A DNA stretch of 62,919 bases, counting the filler, from Octopus bimaculoides (lineage: Eukaryota), in assembly GCF_001194135.2 (NCBI RefSeq). It is 8 parts of 7 records of this genome, joined end to end, with 100 filler letters (N's around TTAATTAATTAA, not from the genome) between each part and the next. Parts side by side here need not be neighbours in the genome. Positions count along the whole stretch, not along the records: positions 30,266 to 36,120 come from NC_068995.1; positions 36,221 to 58,348 come from NC_068995.1; 6 more parts are not named here. One strand, 5' to 3'. The translations under genes were made by a program, and so were the position numbers. Below the pieces are notes generated by a model. The model did no database searches, was not told the DNA's origin, and saw nothing but the letters and a program-made list of their open reading frames with translations. This document shows, piece after piece, positions 35,780 to 47,740 of the stretch. Position 1 is the stretch's first letter; each line of letters begins with the position of its first letter.

Positions 35780-36083
35780 TTCATGACTTTTCTCTGCGGC
35801 ACGTATAGAATGAGAAATGCAGGCTCTAGTTATGAAACTGCAACGGGCTGCCGCTGACCCGGTTATACCTTTGAGTGGTGCTTTCAGTAATAAATCCGTC
35901 ATGCGTAGCCCAATTCATCCGCTTGTTCCCCCGCTGGGTCTGTAGGGGTTGTTCGTGTTTAATCTGGGTCCTTGTCTTCGACCTGCGCTATGGTTGGCAC
36001 TTCCAGTAGTTTACAACACCTGGCAGCATCGCTCTCAGAATCATTGGTACACGCACGTCCCTCCACCTCGACAAGGCGTGACC
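35780..36083 (-). mobile_element. 5' end (UTR) of an RTE-like LINE
   Basis: The minus strand begins GGTCACGCCTTGTCGAGGTGGAGGGACGTGCGTGTACCAATGATTCTGAGAGCGATGC, like the CGCCTTGTCGTGG...CAATGA...GAGCTATGC head typical of RTE/BovB-type elements. Confidence 0.6.
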
Positions 36084-36220
36084 ATAATGTATATATTTAT
36101 ATATATATATATATATATATNNNNNNNNNNNNNNNNNNNNNNNNNNNNNNNNNNNNNNNNNNNNTTAATTAATTAANNNNNNNNNNNNNNNNNNNNNNNN
36201 NNNNNNNNNNNNNNNNNNNN

Positions 36221-36252
<32 letters not shown>

Positions 36253-37519
36253 GTTGTATCTATACGTTCACATACTGTACACATACAAATGCCCGTGTGT
36301 GGGTGTCGCGTAAGTGTGCGGGGTTATATATATGTGGCTTTGTATATATGTACACGTAAGTATATGTTTGTCTATATAATTTTCAATCATATCCAGGAGA
36401 CGTGTATAAAAGAACATCTACCTATTATTACAAGATAGCTACAGCTAGTCGACACTGCTAAACATTCAGTCATTTGTTTCTCTCAGCATCCAAGATAATC
36501 ACATTTAAATCCCCAACGCTCAAATAATCCAACATACCACGGGCAATTAACTTGTTATACACTGTGATGCCGCATGAATGTGTGACAGGTTCAGATCATG
36601 AGCGTAGGTTCGAGGATTCAATTTCCTCGTGAATCCATGATTTGTGTCTTTGAACGAGACATTGAACCCCCCCCCCCNNNNNNNNNNNNNNNNNNNNNNN
36701 NGCCGCTAATATTAAACGAGTATTATCAGAAACCGGGGCTCAACGTTGCCTGGTAAATGATATCCCTATGAAGAGTTGTGTTCTCTGTCACATATGTTTC
36801 TGAAACTGGATTTAGCTGAGTGCCAATAAGTCTGTAGTATCAAGAGGAAATTTAACTTCCATTATAATTTACAGTTGTGAATGACTGACCTTTTCTATTC
36901 TAAAAAGTAATTGATCCACCAACAGGGCTGAATTAAATATTCCTCTTTCTATTAATGATAATTGGTTGCCTTCCACTAAACGGGTGCTTAACACAGATTC
37001 ATAGAGTGACTCTGTTAGCTGTCGCCCGACCTGTTAGAAATATAGGTCATATAACTATTAAATCCCACCCTATTGACTAGCATACAGAACAAAATAGTTT
37101 TTTGAAGTCAGAATTAATTAATAAATAACTGATAACTCCCAGAACGTCTACGATCCATTATTATGATCAGATCTGACATGTCACTGTTAGAATGTCAGAA
37201 ACAAGCGCTCCTGGTATGAACATCAATTAGTATTGAACAGTAAAGACCTCTTGGTTAGTTTTCATTTACGGCCGTGCTATATTTATAACGGTTAGATATT
37301 AATCAGCTTTCTTTAGATTATTGTTTATTCTCTAACGAATGATTAGGGTCAGTATAAAGTTAAACGGAAGGATCTAAATAAGAAGTTAAGTTTACAGAAT
37401 TTTAATCAGAGATGAAAGGTTTTACTAAAGCTGAAAATTAAGCCATTAAAACCGCTTGATATAATACAGACGAATAACCAGAAGGTATTGATTTATAATC
37501 GAGTTCAGTGAAATACAAA

Positions 37520-37900
37520 CAGAATAAGTTCCTCCTCCACTCTTGAGCACATTTTACAGCAAGCTGACGCCAATTGTCTCTATTCCATGCGTTCTTCTCT
37601 ACATCTCGTTGTTTGACATCAGCCTCTCTCATATCGGTTATGAATGTTGTACTATGTAGATTTCAGGCTTTCTCACTTTAATGTTTCCTCCGATGGCATC
37701 CATTTCAAAGCAGTTTTAGAATAGGGTTATTCTGGTTACCAAAGTATTTGATCTGATACTTTTAATCTTCCTTCTGAGATGATTTCATCATGTGGCCTTG
37801 ACTCTGCGCTCATTTAGAATGTTTTCACTCCTTTTTAGGATGTCTTCGCTCATTTTAGAACGTATTTGTTTTATAAAGCCTCTAGAAATACATCTAGTTT
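37520..37900 (-). mobile_element. RTE LINE C-terminal relic
   Basis: ALKWMPSE and DMREADVKQRDVEKNAWNRDNWRQL resemble the AL.W.P.G.R..GRP...A..R..WR motif. Confidence 0.5.
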
Positions 37901-39170
37901 TCTATTTATTTTCACGGTACTCGTTCATGTCTCACAAGCAAACAGAACATTTTGTAAACCTCTGCTATTGCAGAACCAGATGTGTGTATGAAAGCCGATG
38001 ATAGCGGAAGACCAGATAACGCTAATTCTCTGAGAGACTCCCGCGCCTTTACCAATTCTGTAAAAAATGTTACTCATGACGCCATTGTTACTCATAACGT
38101 TATCCAGAATCTATCTACTGTCTCAATGTTTTTGCGCATTGATTTTTATGATCGTCGTTTAATGTTCATTGTCTTGATTTTCTCGTCACAAAGTGGTTCG
38201 CATTGTTTTATCCTTCGAATGATGCCAACCCGCTGGCTAGGTGATGAGGGTAACATTTTCCGTGATCGGAAATCGTCGAAGGGTTAACCATGCGCCTTCA
38301 GAAACAGACACTTACAGACACGTACAAGTATGCATGTATATATGCATGTTCGTATGTATTCCATGAAACGTATCTCTTTTTTAGACGAGTGGGCTGTGGC
38401 AGGGGTTAATATTATTTGCCTGGTTTTCCAAAAGACTAACTAGCATGCCATGTTCAGTACATTTCATTATATCATGCAGTCAAAGAAGTTAGAACTCCAA
38501 CTCCTGTAGGTGCGTCATTTTATTCCGTTTTCCTTCTATGCTGATGATGATATGCGAGCATGACACTCAATTAACGCCTGCCTGAGCAGTTATTCTTTAC
38601 CAATCAGAGTACCAATCAGAGGTAAATAATATTTGCTTTCACTAAGCAGACAAGAATAAACACTAAATATTTATGAAAAAAATAATACATACATAAAGAT
38701 CAGTCTCGCTCTCTCGCTTAGAAGTAATGAAAACTCTATTAGTTATTAAGCTCACGTCGTATTTTAACTGAAAATTTACAATGAGAAACTAGAAGCATAC
38801 ATCAAGATCAAAACTGAGGCCTTCGACAATCTCGACAATGGAAACAAGCTTATTCCCGTCTAGTTAGCTATAATGAGAACTTACAAAGAAGAGTTTCTAC
38901 AGTGTTCTGCATTTTAGATGGAAACACTGACCAACATAAGTTGAGACTGATTTCAGCACTTATTGGTGAAACAGTGCTTTTGCAACATCAAACTGTCCGA
39001 CAGTCTTTTCTTTGGCCACAAATTAGAAGATCCAGACTTGCCCATTTACAAATGAAAATGTTAAATATGCATAAAGTTCTTAAGTAAGAAGATGACATGT
39101 CTGGACAAAACCCCATCCATCATTTGGACGAGTCAGTGCTTCTGTTATATTTCGACGGACTTCTGTAACG

Positions 39171-39205
<35 letters not shown>

Positions 39206-39539
39206 AAACAAACCACCTTCTCAAAATCCAAATTTAACTTTCAAAGGCGATCATCACTCACCTCACCACTACAAAAATTAACTATGTAGCCAGAAGGATA
39301 TACAACATTCGGTTCCCTAATGGAATTTCTATTAATATTGGATCCACCAGAGGACGGAAACAAAATGGCATACATCAAGACTGATGCTGATATATCCAAT
39401 AAATGATTCAGAAGAACGGGGCATTAATTGCATTTGTTACATTCTCAAAACCATTTATTAAATTCAACAACGTTACGTAACCTGTTGAACTACAATACTC
39501 TCTGCTTAGTCAAAGCCATCAACCGTCATGTAAGAAAAA

Positions 39540-40440
39540 AAAAATCAGGTTACGTGTAAAGCACAAACTTTTCTGTGAAAGAGATTTCAGTTCCAGGAAT
39601 CATTTGGGGAGACGCACTAGATCCATTTCTCTTTCTGATTGCTGAAGATTACTCAACCAAAGTCTTGATTATATCCAAGAAAAAGGCTTTCACCACAAAG
39701 CAGGAGTGTCCACGTCATTAACAGTACCCTTGACTATGCTGATGATCATGCCATCACACTTTATAAACTTAGGATGCAGTAGTCATGTTATCATTCATTC
39801 AGAATGTTGCAAAGTTATTCTGTTTCTGAATGCAAAGACTGAGTATAGTGTTATCAATTAGCACGAAAGCCAGCTGTCAATTTCTTCATCAATTTGTTCG
39901 AACAATGGTTTGACACTCAAGGACTCAGTAGTTTTAAGTGACGTGCGTTCTATTGTCCTCGCAGCAAGAAAGCCATCTTGATACACAGAATGAACAAACT
40001 AGGAATGCCTGCCAAGAATTTCAAAAAACTTTAGAAGTTAGAAGTACAAGGCTGGTCTTCTTCAAGGTATGTATAAGGAGAAAACGTCTGTATGAATCTG
40101 AAATATGTATAATGACGGAACATGAAGTTCATTTAGACATTTCCTACACAAAGCTTCTTTTGCGAGCTCAAACATTCCAGAGTGTAAGCACATGACGTAA
40201 GAGAAGATTTACGGATACATTCCACGAATACATACTATTATGACTCAAAGCAGACTATGCTTAACTGGTCATTGATGGCTGTGCTAAACACCGGGCCATA
40301 GCAGATGTTGTATTTTAGAGATTACTCCACTCAAATACAGGCCGAAGAGTGTTCAGTTAAACTAATATTATGAGCAGGATGCACAACATGAATTTGTGAG
40401 TGTACCAAAACTAATGAGGGGCCGCTATTCTGGCACGGTG
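39540..40440 (+). mobile_element. RTE LINE reverse transcriptase relic
   Basis: GIIWGDALDPFLFLIAEDY (GV.QGD.L.PFLF motif) and LDYADDHAI (catalytic YADD). Confidence 0.7.
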
Positions 40441-43137
40441 TGATGAAACGTATGTCGATTGTAAAATGCTTGTAAAAGAAGACGAAAAATAAAAAGAAGA
40501 GGAAGAAGAAAAAGGAGAAAATTGTAGAGGATGAGGTTGCGGAGGGGAACCGTATTTCAATGTGTGCTGTAATCTCTGCTAATAAATTAAGTGAAGAAAA
40601 TGCATTGTATCACAGTAGGTTAATTTCTCCTATTACGTTTGTATACAATTTAATAGTATTAAATATCTGAAAGACAGGAATAATATTGTTTCATTTTAAA
40701 TCATAGATGATATATGTAGAACAGTATAGATTTCTATACTATACCTGATCTTGTGTATTCACAGCTGTGATCCGGATGTCTCCGCATTAAACGCTTAAGC
40801 TGAATAATACATCTGTTTTCTTACGAAAAACACCCACAAGCACAAATGCATATACGTATATACACACACGCACACACACACACACACATACATGCACACA
40901 CTCTCAGACACACACTCACGCGCACACATATGTATGTATATTCACACATACATGGTAAGAGATTCACACACACAAATGTACACACACACACACACACACA
41001 TACACGCGTGCACGCACTAAGACTGTTTGATGTTTACCAACATTTACAGTCTTCTGGTAATAAAATTATGCGAGGTCTGATGCTAACATATAGGTCCGTA
41101 ATACCACATATCAAGCGGCGATGGGAAAGAAAGATAGGGTGTGTAGGAAACGAGTAACAGAGAATAAGAGAAAACAAGAAAGAGGGAGAGAGAGAGAGAG
41201 AGAGAGAGTGGATTTGGTGGGGAGATCAAACATGATGAAACTTATGCGCCTGGATTAAAGACAGCGTTCCTTTGTCGGCAAGATGTGGATTGTGAAATCC
41301 GTATCCATTTTATCTCTAAACATTGGATATTGATGATTCTTAATAATTCTTCACTTCCCCAAACAAAGGAAGCTTCTGAGAAGGCGAAGCTTATCCTTTA
41401 CCGCTGTCGTTCCTTTTGTAAAAGCGTACACATCCACAATCATAGCTGTACACACGTGCGCATGAAAACACACACAGGCAACGGACACATGTATAGACAT
41501 ACATTCACGCACGCACACGTAAGCATACGCTAATGCGATCCCTAATATACATAAAGAAGTGTTTGAAACACAAACACACCCATACGCACACTCATACGCA
41601 CACACACACATGCATAAATAAATGTATACATATATATACACACCTAACAGCTCCTTCTTCAGAGGAAGAATTTAAATGATTAAAAACGGAAGAAACATAC
41701 ATACACACACACATACATACAGACATACAAGCAAACAAAGAGAAAGACAAACAGACACTCATATACGTTTATAATATCACTTGATGAGACATGTATTTCT
41801 CTGTGCAGGGAAATCTATAGTTATATCTAACTATGTAGGTCGTCTCTCAGGACGCCCCAGTATAGTTATAGTCCTAATTATAAGACTATGATTACTAATT
41901 ACTAACGCCAAGTAATTTAGACTCCGCCAACATAGATATAGAGACGAAAGTATATTCATATTGTATTCAATCGTTGTACACAAGGATTAACTTCAAGTGT
42001 GCTGCGAATACACACAGATATATGCGCACATATAACACACTCATATTCATATAGTAGAGCAAATGTTTGCTCTTCCACGCAGTTAAAGTGATGTAAATGA
42101 AAAGAAATGTAACAAAACTCGATTGTGGGTATAGTCTCATTATTACGACATACCGTTGTCTGGATGAAATACTTTACATGTTGCATATAACCTCGATATA
42201 CGAACACACATACCATAATACACTTCGTTTTCAATGAACATCGTGGCTTTGAAAATATAAAGTTAATTATGGTAAGATTGGTTACAATGCTAACAATGTT
42301 TCTTAAAGTTTTTTTCAGTGTTTCGAAGGTGTGTCCGTTTGCGACTCAAGAGTTGGCTAAAGCGTCACCTTTGTAGTGAGCAAACTGGATACACGGTAAA
42401 TTATTACTTAAGCGATCCAGTATATATATAGCTGTGATGTTCCAGATATCCGCATTGTCGAATGCTCCTATCACCACGTCGAGGGAGACTTCTGAGTCAA
42501 TTTCTTTGACCCAGGTTCGAACCCTTGCTGAACAGTGGGCATTATTACTTTTATAATCCTGTCAAGAAAGTCGGTAAATTCCTTAGCGAAAAAAAAAGCG
42601 TCCTCTCTCGACATAGATGTCTAAAGTCTATAATATAGCGTCGGGTGTATCTTGCTCTGCCTCTACTCTTGTTTGCCCTAAAACATGAGATTTCTTCACT
42701 ATGAACTATAAAGAGAGACATGTTGCATTCCTTATGCCATCGTTAACCTTCCTCAAAATATTCTTCTTCCCCACCCCCATTTCCATTGTAGCGGAGTTGA
42801 GGATGCCGCGCAAGAGATTGGAGGACATGTTTGGCTGATAATCCTTGTTCGTAATAAATAGATACTTCATAGCTAAGGATTTCACTGTGCAGGCCATACC
42901 TAGAACGCTGGTTTCCTTGATTATGCTATTGCATACAGTGGGGAAGATATTAGCGAACGCCGCCAAAGTTTGCATAAAGGAAGAATGCTCACATAAGCTT
43001 AACAGTGAGTGGCAAATAGATGGTCGTTACTACACTTTGGCCGTTGACTACAGAGCAGACTGTTCTCCCAAAAGAGGAACAACAACACCAGCAACGACAG
43101 CATTGACACCCTAAACAAAAGGAGATGTACACTACCT

Positions 43138-43190
<53 letters not shown>

Positions 43191-44439
43191 NNNNNNNNNN
43201 NNNNNNNNNNNNNNNNNNNNNNNNNNNNNNNNNNNNNNNNNNNNNNNNNNNNNNNNNNNNNNNNNNNNNNNNNNNNNNNNNNNNNNNNNNNNNNNNNNNN
43301 NNNNNNNNNNNNNNNNNNNNNNNNNNNNNNNNNNNNNNNNNNNNNNNNNNNNNNNNNNNNNNNNNNNNNNNNNNNNNNNNNNNNNNNNNNNNNNNNNNNN
43401 NNNNNNNNNNNNNNNNNNNNNNNNNNNNNNNNNNNNNNNNNNNNNNNNNNNNNNNNNNNNNNNNNNNNNNNNNNNNNNNNNNNNNNNNNNNNNNNNNNNN
43501 NNNNNNNNNNNNNNNNNNNNNNNNNNNNNNNNNNNNNNNNNNNNNNNNNNNNNNNNNNNNNNNNNNNNNNNNNNNNNNNNNNNNNNNNNNNNNNNNNNNN
43601 NNNNNNNNNNNNNNNNNNNNNNNNNNNNNNNNNNNNNNNNNNNNNNNNNNNNNNNNNNNNNNNNNNNNNNNNNNNNNNNNNNNNNNNNNNNNNNNNNNNN
43701 NNNNNNNNNNNNNNNNNNNNNNNNNNNNNNNNNNNNNNNNNNNNNNNNNNNNNNNNNNNNNNNNNNNNNNNNNNNNNNNNNNNNNNNNNNNNNNNNNNNN
43801 NNNNNNNNNNNNNNNNNNNNNNNNNNNNNNNNNNNNNNNNNNNNNNNNNNNNNNNNNNNNNNNNNNNNNNNNNNNNNNNNNNNNNNNNNNNNNNNNNNNN
43901 NNNNNNNNNNNNNNNNNNNNNNNNNNNNNNNNNNNNNNNNNNNNNNNNNNNNNNNNNNNNNNNNNNNNNNNNNNNNNNNNNNNNNNNNNNNNNNNNNNNN
44001 NNNNNNNNNNNNNNNNNNNNNNNNNNNNNNNNNNNNNNNNNNNNNNNNNNNNNNNNNNNNNNNNNNNNNNNNNNNNNNNNNNNNNNNNNNNNNNNNNNNN
44101 NNNNNNNNNNNNNNNNNNNATATATATATATATAGGGGTGGATGGCGTAGTGTTTAGTGTGTTGTACTCACGATCAGGAAATCGTGGTTTTAATTCCTAG
44201 ACAGAGCGGCGCAATCATTTCGATACGTGACTTGTCAATCAACGTCGATTTGATGGAGAGGGAGACAGCTAATAAGGTACAGAACATAACTATAAACAAA
44301 TCATTTGTACATATAAATAGATTGACACATATATATATATGAAGAGAGTGAGAGAGAGAGAGAGTGAGAAAGGGAGATAACATTATACATTATTACTAAT
44401 GCTAACATATACAGGGGACGGGGTACTAAATATGAGCTT

Positions 44440-44740
44440 TTTATTACTGGAACGCTAAACATCATCCAGGCAAAAGATAACATCCTAAACATCAGAGATG
44501 AAACTTTCTCTCTCTGCATACAGAAGCAATATTTTACACACCGGCATTTCTAAGAGGAACAACCACCCATCTGCCGACCCCACAGGGATAGTTTCATACT
44601 CAAAACGTGAACATTCACTGTATACAACTCATGAACTCCACACATAGACGATACATGCCCCCTGATGAACTCCCTCAACACCCAAACATACGAAGATTTT
44701 TCATATCTTGTATATAATGTAATATATTGCAAACACATTC
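44440..44740 (+). mobile_element. Possible degraded Penelope-like RT relic
   Basis: TGISKRNNHPSAD (compare GIPMGTN.AP..AD), HIDDTC (compare YIDD) and FSYL, all heavily decayed. Confidence 0.35.
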
Positions 44741-45139
44741 ATCATACAGCACAGTTTTTTTTCCCCAAAAGTTAAACAAAAGGGACACAATCACTCAAAA
44801 GTTGTCAGCCAAGACTCGTGCCATTGATTTCTTTTTTTCTTTACGCGACATTATGGTGAATTTCCGAGAACAATCGTGTTTTCATACTAAATGGAGATAA
44901 AAATAATTCCTCCATATGATCAGCTTGACCACTATGTCCATGTAGTTGCTGTACATGCCATTTCATGTTCTTTTCGAATGACCGTCAGTGTAACCGGTTT
45001 TCAGCGAGACAGGACATACTTTAGGGTGCACCATAAATAAAAAGTCTGCAGTAGTTATATCAGATGAACATGTGGGAAACTCAGCAATAGCTCCAGTGTT
45101 CTTGCAATTTCTCATTTATGTAATCTCGCAAGTCTCAGC

Positions 45140-45879
45140 AGTAGTGTATCTATGCACCGTTTTGTTTAAATGCAAATTTATCATTTTCATACAGGCCAAA
45201 GAAAATAGACATGCGTAGCATGTCTATGTGCACTTGATCAATATTACGGCTTTCAAAGAAAAGTTCCCTATTGAACCATTTGATGCCACTACACCAGTCA
45301 CAGTCCCCCGCTAAATTGATTGCTTTGTCAACATGCCTGCAAGGGTTTCTAGTACCCAGACAATTATATCGGTACACTGTTCCATTTATCTTAAACTTTG
45401 CTTTATCAGACCACATAACCATCTTCTGAAACTCGTTGTCTTCGCGTACCATGTGTTGAAATCAATCACAAACTCGTTTCTTCGATCGCAATTCTTATCG
45501 TTCATCGCAAGTAATAATCTTGTGATGTAAACTTTCCACACAGCTCCTTTAAGAATGTGCAGTATGCTTGAACTGATTATCTCTGTCGTTGTGCACATTG
45601 GACATAGACTTCTCTGGCAAGTGTGTGAAATGTTCCAGCGCCATGGATGAGGAAGCAACACTGTACTAGGTCAGCCGCATTTTTCAATCTGCACATCTCC
45701 CACAGCACCTGTGTTTCGAAATAATCACGAATCCATGAAGGTGTCATGCGTTTCAGATATTCTGATCACAAATCCCGAATCACGCCTCCATTGTCGTTGA
45801 ATTTTAAGAACATTTTCGAATTTAAAATACCACTTTAATTCGTTTTACGTTCTTTAAACGACAGTTATATCGTTGCCAT
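45140..45879 (-). mobile_element. Tc1/mariner superfamily relic (maT/DD37D-like), pseudogenised
   Basis: The N-terminus contains KWYFKFENV..IQRQWRR. Further motifs are MVMWSDKAKFKINGTVYRYNC and FKQNGA, in multiple frames. Confidence 0.7.
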
Positions 45880-46245
45880 TTTGTCATATTTGCTCACAAT
45901 ACTATCAAGAATTCATAAGAAATTTCCCATTATCTACCTGAGAATAATGACCATTGACCATTTCAGACCTCAATAATTAAACAAGTGCAATATAACGTTT
46001 TCATATATCACATCTTAGAAAAAATGAAAATTCAGATATTTTAGAACGAAACGTTTTTGAACATTTTTCATTAACATTTACAAATCTTTTAAAAACAACT
46101 TAACACCCCTGAAAAACGCGCTAAATAAGGAGAGAATATAAAGGTAACTTGCATTAATCCTACAACGTATCAGGTCATCCCATAAGTTCTGTCCGAATTT
46201 TGAATAAAGATCAAATAGTGATCAAATGTTATATTTAATTGAAAT

Positions 46246-47275
46246 TTAATCATCAATGCACTTTCCCTGATTATCTATGACATATTTCCATCTATTTACA
46301 AGCTTTTAAATCCCATCAATGTAAAACTCTTTTGGTTTCAAAGCGAAGAACTCTGAAACGTCAGTTTCGACCTCCTCCTGGCTTGCGAAAGTTATGTCCC
46401 CCAAATTATTCTGTAAACTACGCAACAAATAGTAGTCTGAAGGAGCAAGGTCGGGAGAATAAGGTGGACGAGGATTTTTTTCCCAACCAAACTCTTCGAT
46501 CTACTGTGATGTGATCTTTGCAGTCTGAGGTTGCGCATTGTCCTGATGAAACATCACTCCTTTTTGATTCACTAAAGCCGGTATTTTTTTCTTGAAAGCT
46601 TGTTTCAAACGCTCTAATTGCTGACAGTAGACTTGAGCATTGATTGTTACATTAGAGCGTAACAATTCAAAGTGAATTACGCCTTTGCAATCCCACCAGA
46701 TAGAGAGAAGAATCTTTTTCCCATGAAGTTCCCTTCTCGGTTGTGGTTCAGATGTTTCCCTTTTACCAAGACACTGTTTACGATATTTAACATTTCGATA
46801 GAAGATCCATTTTTCGTCAGCACTCACAAGACTATCCAAAAAGAGTGAAATGAGTTCGCGAAAAATGGAGAGAAGAGCAGATGCCACCTCGGGATTTGCG
46901 GTTGCTTTCGGACAATTCATGAGGCATCCATTTTCAAAGTTTAGGAACCTTTCCAAGTTGTTGAAGATGACAATGAACAGTTGTATGTTTTGAGCTAAGC
47001 TTTATTGCCAATTCTTTAAATGATAATGCAGAATTTTCTTCAAGTAATGCCTCAAGGAGCTTATCATCAAAATCAACAGGACGTCCTGTTCGATCTTCAT
47101 ATTCAAGGTTGAAATCTCCACTTCTGAATTTTGCAAACCATCTTCTACAAGTTCTTTCAACCAAGCATTCTTTCCCATAAACCGAGTGTATGTTTCGAGT
47201 CGCTTCGGCTACAGAGTTTCCTTTTGTGTACTCATAAAGCATTATGTGCCTCAAATGCTCTTTGGATACTTTCAT
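46246..47275 (-). pseudogene. Mariner D,D34D transposase pseudogene (frameshifted)
   Basis: MKVSKEHLRHIMLYEY...WFAKFRSGDFNLEYEDRTGRP, then VSADEKWIFY, FHQDNAQP, PPYSPDLAPSDYYL and DNQGKCIDD*. Confidence 0.9.
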
Positions 47276-47330
47276 ATTAGAAAGGGTATTAATCGAAGAA
47301 ATATTAATTCTATTATTCTGTAAAATAATA

Positions 47331-47740
47331 CTCTTTTACTCTTTTACTTGTTTCAGTCATTTGACAGTGGCCATGATGGAGCACCACCTTTAGTCGAGCA
47401 AATCGACCCCAGGACTTATTCTTTGTAAGCCTAATGCTTATTCTATCGGTCTCTTTTACCGAGCCGTTAAGTTACGGGGACGTAAACACACCAGCATCGG
47501 TTGTCAAGAAATGTTGGGGGACAATCACAGACACACAAACATATATACACACATACTTATATATATACATATATACGGCGGGCTTCTTTCAATTTCCGTC
47601 TACGAAATCCACTCACAAGTCATTGGTCGGACCGAGGCTATAGTAGAAGACAATTGCCCATGATACTACGCAGTAGGACTGAACCCGGAACCATGTGGTT
47701 CGTAAGCAAGCTACTTACCACACAGCCACCCCTACGCCTA
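47331..47740 (-). mobile_element. SINE family A, full length, inserted upstream of the mariner ORF
   Basis: Head, internal (CA/TA) microsatellite, 3' body and (TAAAAGAG)n tail are all present. Confidence 0.92.

Noticed and set aside
42514-42524. GGTTCGAACCC B-box suggesting a tRNA gene
   Set aside because: No A-box, D-arm or acceptor stem; probably a SINE head remnant or chance.
42706-43114. Overlapping 89-aa ORFs in GC-richer sequence
   Set aside because: No motif recognised in any frame; possibly LTR-element debris, but unsupported.
44662-44695. CTGATGA...GAA as another hammerhead
   Set aside because: No stem II pairing; it lies inside a decayed RT-like stretch.
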